Shown: positions 49,451 through 62,891 of the stretch, in pieces | How the letters are laid out: every line of letters starts with the position of its first letter | Position numbering within the stretch: position 1 is the stretch's first letter | From: Dicyema japonicum | Lineage: Eukaryota > Animalia > Dicyemida | DNA: 64,000 bases | Reading direction: 5' to 3' | Assembly (NCBI GenBank): GCA_011109175.1 | Contig: RDEW01000006.1 | Location: 67,612-131,611 of the forward strand | Translations under genes and position numbers: made by a program | Notes under the pieces: generated by a model | What the model saw: only the letters and a program-made list of their open reading frames with translations | Database searches by the model: none | What the model was told of the DNA's origin: nothing

Positions 49451-51430
49451 CATCACATGCGTCGTTGTGGGTCAGGTCGACTGGAATCAGGTGATCCCGG
49501 CTTCTCTCAGCAATATTCTCACATTTTCCCAGTGTCGCTCTCGGGAAACGACACATTTTCGATAACACTGTTCTTCTGGCGGTTTTCCATTTTAGGTGAA
49601 TATGCCGCCGGAATTCCCCACAAGGACCTCAAATTGAGTTGCCCTTATTGGTAGTCATGTGATTCAAGAGATTGTTTTGACATATTGGATTCGGCGGAGT
49701 TGATCTTGTCAATGTTTTTTTGTCAAGTTCTGCAAATTCAAAGCTTATAGTTGGCTCGATGAATCGTGTGTATAACGTTGATGATGACCGGATTGAGGAT
49801 CCTTTAAATTTTGGGGCGAGCACCTTCACTAAGTTAAGCTTTCGTGCCGAAGCACTGATTACGTTTGACACATGTGAAGGTCATGAGGGTGTCAAATGTT
49901 ACTCCCAAATCTCGACTTGTTTCTTATTTGAGATTAGTTCACCATTCAAAAATAGTTCGGCCGAATAACTTGATAGCCTTCTATTCGACGTAAACGAAAG
50001 GTAAATGACTTTTCTGTGGACGCTGACATTGAATTTCTTTTCAACCATTCAAGGAGTCTATCCAGAGTAGTTTGCAATTTGTTCTTAGCTGTCGTAACAC
50101 ATGTATTCTTGAAGCATATATTATGTCATCGGCATACGCAAGGGTTATGGAATTTTTGTCCGAGTCAATTGGAATATCGTGCAAGAATAAGTTAAAAAGC
50201 GACGGTGACAATAGGAACCTTGTGGCACGCCGTTTGGATAAAATTTTGAGACCGATTGGCAGGATTTTGTTACGACTTTACCTCTTCTACCAGTGAGAAA
50301 TTTCCCGAGCCATCTTTTGAAAATGCTGGGGATTTCTGAGCAGTAGATCTTCCTCGTTAAGATTTTTATGGGAACCGAGTCAAAAGCCTACAGACGTCAA
50401 CCGAGCACAATAAAGTTTTGAGGGCTTTGACTCAAGTCCCGTCATAATAAAGTTTGTGAGGGTTTGCAAGTGCGTACTTGTAGATAGCTCTTTCTTAAAT
50501 CCGTGCTGGAATGATTCTTTAGGTAAATATGGGAAGATGATGTCCAAAACCATTTTCTCAAGAATTTTTGACAAAGCGCATAATGGGGATATTGGTCGAT
50601 AAGAAGAAGGGGACTCTTTTGGTTTTCCATGTTTGTGAACTGGGTGGATGTGGGCCAACCTCCACAGAGTTGGAATTGTGTTTATGGATATGTTGTATAT
50701 CTTTGTTAGTGGTGTGAGTGCCCTGGGTCCAAGCTTTTTGATAACACTCAGGAATTTTATCTGGTCCTCTTAAGTAGGTTAGTTTTGGGAATTTAATGGT
50801 ATTTTCGACCTCCACTGGTGAAAACGATATATGATCATGACGACATCTTGTTTTATCAATGACAAGGGAGGACCCTCGTACTTTTTATGAGGAAAGTAGC
50901 TGTTCTGAGCGTAGAACTTCATCATTATATCCAGTTCTTTTTTGCTGAAATCAGGACTGTTTCTTTTCTCAGGGTTTTTTTATCATTAAGAGAGTCTTCC
51001 ATATGATTGACAGGGACCCTGTTTGTTAAGGTATTTTTCTCCATTCGTCCATTTCCCTTTTTGAGATTTTCTTTATTTCGCTATCAAGCACTCGAATATA
51101 ATTTCTGGTGATGGCCTTTGGATGCTTTTGAGTCGATTACATTCATAATCTTCTTCATTTTGCGGTCAAACGTTTAATGTAGGATTGATCTTTCCCCGAT
51201 AAATACCTTCAATGCCTTCTGGATCTTTTTGAACATAAGAGACTGCATTATCGAGTGAGTTGAAACATACTGTGTTGAAATCGAATAAGTTCATGTCCAT
51301 ATATTGAGAAAAATTTTTCCAATTTCTGTTTCTGTAATCCAGTAAAGTGTTTCGTCTTCTTTCCGAAATGAGCGTGCCCTTTATCCAAATGAAAATAAGA
51401 TTGTGGTCGCTCCGAAAGTCATAAATCAAT
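49450..51430 (-). mobile_element. Decayed APE-RT LINE
   Basis: DFRSDHN, HKHGKPKESPSSYRPIS, FQHGFKK, GVPQGS, LAYADDI. Confidence 0.9.
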
Positions 51431-52773
51431 GCTTGAAGATCGAGGCTAGACTAAAAAGAATTACGAACGATGGATTTTTGAGAGTCCCAGCCTCAATGCC
51501 CCTACAATCTATGATACCGTATAAAATGACGTTGTGACTACAAAGATCCAGTCATTCCGCCGATAATTGCCCGTGCGGGGTTAAGGGAGAGCATCGGACC
51601 TAGTTGAGTTCTCTGCTAGGGCGTGCTAGGATCATTTTATTAGTTAGTTTGGTGTAACCGTGGTTTTGTTATTATTATTATTTGTTTAAGTTAACCTAGG
51701 CCATACCCAATGTGAACTTTGATGCAACCCCCATTAGCTGTTGACGTGCTATTTGTCAATAATTACCTAACTGATTGCATAATTAGCATATCTACACTAT
51801 TTAATGGAATAAGTGGGTTATTAAATCATTTACGGCTCGTAATCCGGATGCTTGGACATAAGTATTCCTTGCCTGAGAGCCTACAGTATGATGGTCACTA
51901 TTTGCTGTCCTACATTTTATCCACAATTTCATTTCCCTTATACAAAATGTCAATATTCAGATTCATTGTTGATTCAGTACGTTTTGGTGAGAAGGTGGAT
52001 GTCTGCTGAAAAGAAGAGGAAGGACAAACAAAAGAATGGGTCTTCCAGTAAATTGGCACAATTTACTGAAAAGTAACTGTCAATCTTCTTTTGCGCCCAC
52101 TATCTACTCGGATATCCAATAGATTTATAATGAGCTACAGAAAGAGAATGGCTGACAAAACAAATTGTCATCCTTTTTAGACTAATTTTCACATAATTTG
52201 TTGAAAATTTTTAATTTTCTATTAATATTTTAAAATTGGCCGATATTTTTAGTAAAATAATTTTTTGCAAAACAAATTGTTTAAATTAAAATAAATTTAA
52301 TATCAGGGCTATGTGGTAGCGTATTTCTTGTTACAAGCGTCTAACTTGCACTCAGAAACAAGAAATCATTAAATATAAGTATGTGAAACAATATCTAAAA
52401 GATTCTCCGATTATAAAAATGATGTTGGAAGACAATCAAATTTTACTCAACCGGGATAATATTTTGGACAAAACCTGCAAAACACTAAATCTCCACCCCA
52501 TGACGATAAACTGGTAGAGTGGATGGGTTCAATGGAACCAACAGGTTTGTCAAATGAATAACTGTTAAGGTGCTCTGATAGACGACTCTTATACTACATT
52601 TACATGGTGAAATGAAATTTTTGCCATTGAAAAACTTGTTGAGGAAATTGATTGTGAAGACGACGTAATAATGATCACTTTATAAGAAGGTATAGATTAT
52701 AATTGCATTAATAATTTCTAGTGATGATTAAAACGTTTATTTCTACTAATCCGAGTGGTACATTACCTACGGA

Positions 52774-55700
52774 CCTTCCTGTGAATGAACTGGATGGACA
52801 AAACAATAGAACCCATTGAAGTGGTCAGAGTACAAAAAGACTCCCTAATCCAAATTCTCAACTGGAGTGCCGAGCAAATATTATATTCTCTATGCGATAT
52901 CGACCAGGTGAATAAGGAGGACAAAGATGAGTGGGTGTCGGAAGTTTTCAGAGTATCTCAGGCAAGATTTGGAAGACTACTTCAAGGTGGATGGCCTTTA
53001 ATAACGAAAGCCTTCAATGATAATTTTCATACGTCGAAGTCCGTAGCAAACTCGAAGAGCTTGGTGAAATCCAAACCAAAGTATCCTATTACTCAAATGG
53101 ATTGGGAAACTGGGAGATATGTCCAAATATCATCTACAAAAATGCTATAAAGAGTTATACTCCCTAATCCGCCAAGTGAGGTTAATCCCCCGCGATGGTC
53201 GGAAACCTACGCAGAAGTACTGTACCAACATCTTAGAAAGGTTTTAATCGCTATTACCGCATCTTCACCAAATGGGGCGTATGAGGTTCTCTCACAGCTC
53301 CGAAAGAAGAGCGATTGGATACCACCATATGGAAGCCAACAAAACTGAAGAAGCATTTTGAACAAATAAGAGATTACTGGACTGAGAGGAAACCAAAGAT
53401 ATGATGTTAAACGAGGATATGCTTTGCCAATATGGATACCGAAAGTCAAAGAATCGTACTTTATTCGGATAATATAAAGATTGTGGAGAAAAGACTTGGA
53501 ATCCTTGAATCTGGAAATAAATCGTCGTTGTTGTTTGTAAATGTCGTTGTCGATTGACTATTCTCGTTAGTGACTGACAAAGTGTCGTTATTGATAGAAA
53601 ATTCTATAAATTAAACAACCCCGAACTGGAGAACTAGGAGATGTGATGGGTGCCAACCTCTTCCTCAAAAATTCACATAAATTCCTGATCACCTATGTGA
53701 AGAGGTCTCCAAGTTAATTCACAGAAATTATATTCAAATGAGGGTTTCTACACTAACACCCATCTTATTCCGAAGAAAGACGTGTGCATACCCCAAAGGA
53801 CTTAAGACCAATTACGTGCCCAATTTATACAAGTTGGTTACGAAGTGTGTGAACAGAAAATTATCAGACTATATTGAGGCATACCATTCGATCAGTGACA
53901 ATCAATTGGGAACACGAAGGATGTGTAAAGGGGACAAGGAACAGACAATACTAAACCAATGCATCAACCAGGAGAACGGGAATATTTTAACCAGAGTGTG
54001 GACAACCTAAATATTCTCTCCAGAATAAAATATAACGATTATGATTTATGAATGAGGTTAATTCTTTTTTGAAGCCTCTGGATTGAAAGAAATGTCGAAA
54101 AATTTGCTACCAAAGTCACCTGGAATCTGAAGCTAACTCGATCGACGAAATGGATGGACCTTGATGTGTTAGAGCAGAGGTTCCCACCCTGGGTTACGGG
54201 AATTTCCAATTTTTTTTAATTCTTTTGTCAAAAGAATAATTTTTCAAAACGAATTAATTTAATTTGCGCGTGTCTAAATGGTGCCTTGTGACATATCTTA
54301 AAGTTCGATCGTATCGAGAAAGTTATATTGCCTTTGGTTACACATGGACTGGGGATATGGATTACCCTCTAACACTTTGTGTTGTTTGCGGTGAAAAACT
54401 TGCGAATAGTGCTATGGCTCCAACGAAACTTAGACGTCACCCGGAACTTTCAAAGAAAAAAAATATTTTGTACGGAAATTGACCAGAATAAAGTACAAGC
54501 ATCCTTTTAAAAAATTCAAATTAAACGAAAAAGCACTGCAAGCCAGTTATGCTGTTGCTGAGATTGCCACTAAAAATATGAAATCGTATACTCTCGCCGA
54601 AACTGCATGCAAAGAAGTAGTGAAGATAATGTTCCGAGAAATTGCGGCCGCTGAGCTTAATTCCTATTTCTATTAATTCTGTGAGCAGACGCATCAAGGA
54701 TATGTCTGATGACATTGAAACCAATTTGGTTCTGCGAATAAAAAAATCTGTGTTTTTTGCGTAAAATACTGATGAGTTTTAAAAACTGTATAAGAGTTCC
54801 GTATAAAATGAAAAATGTCGATGGGGTTCCGTGCGCTCAAATAGGCTGGGAACCACTGTGTTAGAAGATGGAAAAAGCAAGGTCTTGAAAAACAGAGTTT
54901 TGAAGTTAATATTCGAGGGGCTTAAAAAAGGCTGACAAAAACAAGATTAACTTCAAGGTGACTTTCTCGTGCAATATGTTCAAAGCCATGAATGAACACG
55001 CGTTATCATTGTATAGTTACTACATTGGGCTCATTATTATAGAACCTTCCGAATTTGATCTGATCCACCAAAACACAAGGAAATTTCTTGTACAGAATCG
55101 GATTCATTGAAACCTGGAAACAAGGAAAAACTCTAAATAAACTTGGAAGAGGATTGGTATCCATAAAAGTGAACGGATGCTTTTATAATTCTTCCGAGAC
55201 CTAAAGAAGAAGTCGAATTATTGCTTTGAAGAAAGCAGGAATTCTACGTGTCATAAAATCAAAGATAACACATTTGGCCACAATCATAGAATTCCTCAAT
55301 CGAAGGTATAAAACCCCGCTTTTATGCATCTCAACTTACTAAAAGAGCTCCAGAAGAAATCTTTAATTGAACAAATACGGAGGAAGCAATCGCATGGAAC
55401 CCTTTTCGAATGATTATGGTAATGTCGACGTCAGGGAATCATCTCAGTGGTTATCACATGGGAACAATTCTCCAAGATTCAAAGGATTGCTGTGTCTTAT
55501 ACAAGACCGTACTTTGTTCTTCAACAATGCTGAAGAAAAGCACAACTATTGTAACTGTCAGGAAAAGTGTCGACCATTTGGCAACATGTAAAACAGCGAT
55601 CACCTGCGAAGGCATAATGAAGTCGTTGAATTCATAAATCTGCACCTGTGTTGTCAATATGGGATTAAGAAGACTAAGAGACTTAATGCATACTCCGTGA

Positions 55701-56200
55701 AGTCTGTTGTTGCAAACGAGTCCGTAGAGATTCGAGTGGATACAATAGCCACGGACACAAAGGTACCAAATAACCGGAAGTATTGTGTTCGATAAGATAA
55801 AGAATACAATAACTCTAAAAGTGGGAATCAGATCTCAACAATCGCTAAAGCATGTCGATAAGCCACACAAGTATGATCTCTTAGGAAGCGAACTTGGATT
55901 AATACACAAAGCAAAGGTGTATATTATGCAAGTACTACAAACAATTGGGATGGGATGGTCAGCAAGCACTACAAACACCATTTATAAGCCTTGAAGTTGG
56001 AATGTCCTGTGAAAGCCTATATACAGACTGTCACAAGTAAGAAGACAACTTAGAGTACTCTTAATGGATAAAAAGATCAAGTGGGAATTGTGGACGATGA
56101 TGAGAAGGAGGCTAAGAGTTATCCCTAACATAAATATGAGTTGGACACACCAGGAGATATAGGAATGATCGACGAAGGAGGTACTTGTGACGGATGCTGT
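52774..56200 (+). mobile_element. R4/Dong-like RLE non-LTR retrotransposon, near full length, decayed
   Basis: NLYKLVTKCV..DNQLGTRRMCKG.KEQ (RT), SSQWLSHGN.SPR.KGLLCLIQDR, KYDLLGSELGLIHKAKV (RLE C-terminus). Confidence 0.88.
54175..54858 (+). mobile_element. hAT Buster/Charlie deletion derivative nested in the R4-like element
   Basis: TIRs CAGAGGTTCCCA / TGGGAACCACTG; 8-bp TSD TGTTAGAG/TGTTAGAA with central TA; ZBED5-like YRESYIAFGYT..LCVVCGEKLANSAMAPTKLRRH and ALQASYAVA. Confidence 0.92.
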
Positions 56201-56689
56201 TAGTAGAAAATTAACTTTATTTTTTGTAGAAATTTATTATTATTATTTAAGAAGGTAATAAAAAATTAATATTTAATAATCAACAACCTTCCTCGCCTGC
56301 CTGTTCGCCAGCCTCCTCAGGCAGGTTCGATTCTGGTTGCTAAAACAACTCCGAGAGCGCCTTGTCCAATTGAACCCTCTAATAAAGAAGGTACAAGGTA
56401 TCTTAAAAGAGATAAAAATACAATTATGGTTTGATTTTTATTTTAATAAAAATTATAATAGTTTTAATACTTTTTTGTATAAACAGTTGGGTTTTGCAGG
56501 ACTAAAAAACGTGGTTGTGGTGTGGTCATGCCTGTTGTTAAAAAGCTCCTGCAAAGAGGATTACTAAATCAAAAAGGCCGCCTCTGGAAATTAAATAAGT
56601 ATTGATACATTAATAAACTCAAATCAACGACCAGAATGTAATCGGCATACCACTGGAAATTAAACTTCGGGAAGGGAAACCACAAGGTG

Positions 56690-57200
56690 ATCGAAATGCA
56701 AGAGAGGTTTTCGGAAATTGTTCTAAAGAATGTGCCAATATGGATTGAGGAAGACGGGCTTATGACTTAAATGAAAGAAATTGCTCCAACCAGAGTCAGT
56801 TAAAACGTATTGTAAGAGATGGAAGAAAACTCCGTGTTGTGAAGATGAACTTAAAGTCGAGGACAGAAGCTACTTTTTTGATACGCCTGGGTCTTATCAT
56901 TGGGTGGATGGAAATCGGCTGTGAGTGAGCCAGAAGACACCCCCAAGATGTTTTAATTATAAGTATTTCTGATATATTGCAAGACATGGCAATGGGGCAA
57001 AAAGATGTTTCTTCCCCGGAGTGTCCGGAAGCGAACAATAGAAGATATTTTATCAACTGAGGGTCTGGTGATTACGGAACGGGTTATGGTGGCTGTCCGA
57101 TGACCAGGGAAGCCATGGCGTCTATAGGAAGAGGAACTGAATGTCATGTGTTGGGAACGTGGAAGAGAGGAGAAAATCCTCCTTCACCACGTTACCTAGA
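56690..57200 (+). mobile_element. LINE ORF1 (gag-like) remnant
   Basis: IVLKNVPIWIEE...LRVVKMNLKS..EATFLIRLGLIIG followed by degenerate Cys/His knuckles. Confidence 0.5.
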
Positions 57201-57439
57201 TACAAAGTCAAGTGAGAATAAGTAGGACATCATAAAGTCCGACCTTTATTCGAGGCGCACCTACGATGTGGGGTACTTCTATTCTTGGGGAAAACTCCTT
57301 TTTGGGGCGCTTTATAAATTTTCTACTAAAAGTTTGAAAAATCAATTAAATTTAGCACCTCTATTTGGGGCATTAATTAAATTAATTATTTTTTATTATT
57401 TAAAATTAATTATATGGTTATATTTAACCGATTTAAAAA

Positions 57440-58110
57440 AATATTTTTAAAGTCACGTTCCAACCACCAAAACACAATTCTTTTATCGTATGTGGATGAT
57501 CTAGTAGTTGCAGTGAAACATCGAAGAATCGAGAAGGCAACACGGTCCGTGCAAGATCTACTAAACCATGATGGGTCTTTGCTTCCTGAAGAACCGTCTG
57601 AGTATATCACCAGGAAAGTCACATAGTAACCGAGAGGATCCAAAAGAAAATTGGAATTCTCAAGGCTTTCACTCACTCTCCAGTATTTTCCCGTCCATCG
57701 TTAGAGCTTCTATACAAACAATATCGAGTACACATGTGCTGCATGGATTGCCCCTTATCAATATCGGCACAGAGCAAGCTGGAGGTTTTACAAAATCGAT
57801 GTCTCAGGACTCTATTGAGATCGTCGAAAAAGACGTCCATTTTGTTACTACGGAGAACACTAAACGTCCCCCCAATCATGGAATAGCTTACGGAGCGACA
57901 CCAGGACTTCCTCAAGATGGCAAAGTCCACTATATATGGACGCCTGCCCGAGATATGAGAAGAAACCTTCCCCACTGTGGAGATTAATCCTGGACTCCAA
58001 AACTAACCGAAGGAAAAGGACTGGTGTGGACACCGGGATCACTTAATTATACGATAAGTTTTATCCCCTTTCTCGTGATTTCGGGTTTAATAAATTAAAA
58101 TAAATAAAAA
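57440..58110 (+). mobile_element. LINE 3' fragment
   Basis: ILLSYVDDLVV; tail GGGATCACTTAATTA...GGGTTTAATAAATTAAAA. Confidence 0.75.
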
Positions 58111-58139
58111 AAAGTCACGTTTCATTTAAAATTTTTATG

Positions 58140-58900
58140 TTGTTTATAATGCCTTTGAAGCATGAAACAAAATTGAAGATTGCAGATCATCTCTTAAAAA
58201 GGAACATTCTGAAAGGAGGCTATGTAAAATACAAGCAAGGAGGCTATTTTTCGTATAAAAAATATTCTACCATTCATCGAAAGAGGATTTTTTTATTCAA
58301 GTTCGAATAATCGGTAAATATTTGTATCTATTTAAAAGTGAAAATAAAAACAGATTGGACGAAAAAGTCATAGATATTTTGTTAAAGGGAGCAGAATGCT
58401 CCAGTTTCTGGAACTTTTAAAAAAATTAAATAACTGTTTCTTCGAGAATGGGCTTAATTTTAAAGCTTCAAATGGATGGTTAGAGAAATTCAAACAGACA
58501 TGAATTAAAGTCAGTTGAATCTACCTCTTATGATCAGGAGATGATTCCGATTAAATATTAAATTTGAACAATGTGCAGAGAATATTTTTAATTGTGACGA
58601 AACTGTTTTTTATCAAACATTTGCGGCAAGTGGTAACATAATCTCAGATGTTTGGAGTAATGTATCTGCTCGAATTATTTCTAACTGCTGGCAAAAAATT
58701 TTCGACAGTCTCTATCTCACTAAAATTGCATAACTGAAGCATATGAAGAGATACTCAATAATGCTGTGATGAATGTTTAAATGAAGTTGAAGATAATATC
58801 CCTATGAGGATGTAGACTGTGAACCACATAACTGATTGCTTTAAAAATGTTCTTTTTGTTTATTTATCGAGTTATATGGAAAACCTCTGTTTTGGCGAGG
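58140..58900 (+). mobile_element. Tigger/pogo (CENP-B-like) transposase remnant
   Basis: FKASNGWLEKFK and NIFNCDET motifs. Confidence 0.75.
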
Positions 58901-58929
58901 TCGGACTGTAATCAAAAATCTACCTCTAA

Positions 58930-60960
58930 ACTATGATATTGTGAATCTTGGATAATGAATACCTGCTGGAAACCTATTCCGGGGAATCTGGAAGAAAATC
59001 AAGAAAATTAACGTATGTCATTAACCGCTCTAATGAAGAGTGTGGTAAAGTGGATTGGATTTACTGAACTGGTGGCTCTGGTCCTGAAGAAATCAGTGGT
59101 CTAAACATAAGAATCATGCTCGTGAATTCCCGATCAATCCTGAGGAGGTATTACGAGCTAGCTTCTCTGGCGAAGTCCGAGAAGGCAGATATATTGTTAA
59201 CGAAACGAAGATAAAGTCAGATGAGACTATGGTACTCGCCGGTTTCGAATATATATCTTTATATTTGAAAGAAATGGCAACACCATAGACCGGGACATCA
59301 ATTTTTATCGGTGTCATTTAAAGACATGGAATCAGAGAATTGTCGCATCAGTTTTTTGTGAGTTTGTCACTATTGACGTTTGTTTTGTCGACGGTTGGGT
59401 CGCCATTGGCGGTCTGTTTTCAAAATCCTTGAGAGAATGTACTGGAGATATCTCTGAGTTCTTCAGTGAAAACTCGATGGCTATTCTGGGAGGTGATTTC
59501 AACCCCAAGAGCACGTCCTTAAAGGGATGGCAAGCCAGCTATCTGAAGGTCTAGGAATAAAAGTCCTTACATCGAAAGAGGATAATCACTTCTCTCCCTA
59601 AAGAGGTCCCTAAGAAGCTTGATGTCTTCTTGAAAGGGAAATCCACTTATTATCGAACCAGAATAATCTAGATTTTTTAAACAACCCTATGTTCAATACA
59701 AGGACTCCTTACAGAGCAAACGACAAGACGTCCTAACCTAACTTTAAGCTCAGTTCTCTAGAATCTCTGCTCTAACCAAGTGATCACTGATTTACCATAC
59801 TGGAAGTAACTGTAATCCTATTCTCATTACGTTCAAATGAAGATATTTATCGAAAGTTCTTCTTAGCCCGGGACTACAAAATCCTTTCCACGAAGAAACC
59901 TTTCCGCGCAACCGACACATCCAGGAAGGAAAGAAATTGCTTTAAAGTCTACAAATTCAATCACGGGAAACCATTATATGATTCTTGTTTCCAGTTGAGG
60001 TGTACCATCCAGGCATAAGGAGTCTGGATGGGAAAGAGCAAATGGTTCTTTTTGGTGTATTACTACACTGAGCGGCACCACAAAAGGTGAACCACATGAC
60101 GCCACGTTCCATTAAAATCGTTCGCCAATATAAATAAATAATTTTATTATATGATTCGTGTCTTGGAGAGAGAGGCCAGAAACAAGGCCAAGATGAAACA
60201 GAAGAGAGTCTGTTTTAACCTCATGTCCATTTTAAGCGAACATACCCCTTCACGAGGATTTGGAATAGTCTTCGAGGCTTCGCCGACTCTGTTAGGAGGC
60301 CTCCTTGCAAAGACATGGAGAACGAAGAACTTCTTAAACAAAATAATGAGACCTCGGCATAAAAAGACCCTTATGTGAAGAATTGACTTACAGAAGGCTT
60401 TTGACTCCATTCTGATGAAATTACTCGCTAGGAAGATCTTTGCGCTAACATTCCATACAATTTGAAAATTTCGATTCCAAATTTCTTTAACGGACGAAGA
60501 GTAATTTCACATCCCATATTTTCTGTCGCCAAATGCCTGGCCGGCATTCAAAAAGATCCAACTATTCTTTCTATCGGGAGACAATTTCGTTTTCTGGCGA
60601 CGAGTTCTGGAATTGACCTCAGCTGCCGGACAGCACATTCTGGATCACTGTTCTAGGTTGAAGACGAATAGGAAGGGTAATTGCATGTTCCACATATTCT
60701 GTAACTAAACGGGGTCCCACAGGGATCCTAACTTTCACCCATTCTCTTCAACTTCTTTATGAGAGATGTTATTTCCCATAGCAGCGACAACACTCTGGTC
60801 CTCTCTTATGCTGACAACATAATCTTATTAACAAGAGACAGTGTGTTCACTCAGCAGGTACCCGCTTACTAGATTTACTAAACAACCTACCGTCGTATCT
60901 TCCAGATAAGGAAGTCGAAAGTGACTCCCATAATTTCACATAGTTCAACGATTTCTTCTC
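58930..60960 (+). mobile_element. Decayed APE-RT LINE pieces
   Basis: ILGGDFNPK, IDLQKAFDSI, GVPQGS.LSPILFN, SYADNI; interrupted at about 60510-60670. Confidence 0.75.
60510..60670 (+). mobile_element. 5'-truncated copy of the short structured element, inserted in an RT remnant
   Basis: Aligns with about 1840-1972; flanked by GAAGAGTAATT / GAAGGGTAATT (possible TSD). Confidence 0.65.
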
Positions 60961-61179
60961 TGTCAATAGTCAGAGATATTACAGAGTCAGTCTTTCTTCT
61001 ATTAAGGGTATATTATTGTGCATGCCTTCATCGCCTTTGTGGACGACAAGTGAGTCGCACTGCATGAAATTTAATTCAAATTGGGTAAAATACCTCAGAT
61101 ATGGCCCATCATCAATCCGATTTTCCGTCTGATTGAGCACCAATATTTTATATGAAGATGTACCCAAAGACTTTTGACT

Positions 61180-62320
61180 CATAAGTCTTCATTAATACCA
61201 ATAAAGTGAGATATGACTTTTGGTTGCTCTACTTATGAGAGAATTTTCTAGTTCTGGAGGCTTACAAATCAGCTGGAAAAAGAAGACTACCTCAGAAAGG
61301 ATCAACGATCATGCGGTGATTGCCTATTTCATCTCAACTCCGAGTTGAGCCAAGCCAGAGAATCCAAATGTTTCTCATGTATCTACATATCAAAAGCATT
61401 CGATAGTGTTAATCACAGGGCCATAATCGGTCAGTTATTTGGGACGGGAATCCCGAAGGAACTAGTGAATTGGGTGTAAGTGTTCATAAAAGGAAGAAAC
61501 TCATATGTTAGATGTGGACGTTATTTTTCAAATATGATATTATTGAAGAGAGGAGTCCCACAAGGATCAATTTTGAGCCCTATATTGTTAATGGCTGGTT
61601 ACCCGTCTCCGAAGTCATCAAGTACGAGATCTCTGATATACGCAGACGATGTACTACTGTCGGATGTGTCGAGATCTAATTATGATCTCGGAGAGGAGAC
61701 TCAGTGTGTGCATGTAAGAGAAAAGTCTGGTGTAGTCTTCAAGGATTAAAACTGTCAGAAGATGAATCTAATGCAATGAGGTTTTTTGGTCGAAATGGTA
61801 AAGGAAATCAGCAAGACTCCTTATGCGGGATCAATATTGTGAGTTCCCTGTGGTATCTCGGAACAGCTAATGAGAAAACTGGGAGTACATTATGTGACTT
61901 TAAAACTCAAAGGAAGAAAGCAAACCATTCGATCTTGTGTATGAGGAAATTGAGATTCAAAACGGATATGTATTATTTATTTTTAACGGACAATCAGTCC
62001 ATCACTCCTCTATGGACTAGAAGTATGGTAATACCCTTCATACAATGAGCTTTATCTTGCTTCTTGAAAAATCGAGGAGAGCCGGGATCAAGATTCCCTG
62101 CGCAAAAGGCTCGACGAGAGGTTTGGTGAAGATTTGTTAGTAATGTCCATAAGAGATGCAGCAGAGAAAAAGATGGCAAACTGCCAAAAAAAATGCCGTC
62201 ATTGACTCGTATGTCGCAGCACAGAATAAACCATAAAAGGGGTCTGAGAGCGCAGAGGAGAGTCCAACTTCGGTCGAAAGCCAATTAATCCCCACTTACT
62301 TTCCTTTGTTAATAAAGTTT
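61180..62320 (+). mobile_element. LINE RT and 3' region, decayed
   Basis: IKSAFDSVNH-like motif, RGVPQGSILSPIL, LIYADDV. Confidence 0.8.
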
Positions 62321-62891
62321 AAAGTACTGAACAAGGTAGAACCTAGAATAACATGATGATCTTTCCAGAACATTGGTTGGCGATCCTTATGTAACTCAAA
62401 TTGCGTGTTCGATACCTGAAACCATAATCGACACTAGTACCAAAAAATGACTTTAAAAATTATTATTATAACCTCGGGAACACAACAAAGAGGAAAAAGT
62501 TATCGTCTAATTAAGTGCTCCCGGTGTCAGTGCGTCCTCCCTTGTTTCGACTTTGTCTGCAATATTTTATGATTGTCCAAAAGGGGGAAGGTTTGATCTC
62601 AAATTTGCGAGCATACTTCTGGTAGGCAAGAAACTCACTTTAAAAATTATATTCGGAAATCTATTTTAAAAAATAAAAAAATTATTAATTTAATAAAATT
62701 TTTTGATTCCAAAAAATACCATTTCCTAAATTAGCAAATTTCGAAGATTTTAAAAGTTGTCTCAAATCAAGATGAGACATACGACGATCAAAATGAGAAT
62801 GCTAACAAAGATAATTAAACAACATAAACAAATTATTACCAAAATGTAATAAAAAGATCAAAAATGTAGTAAATGAAAGTTCTCATTGAAT

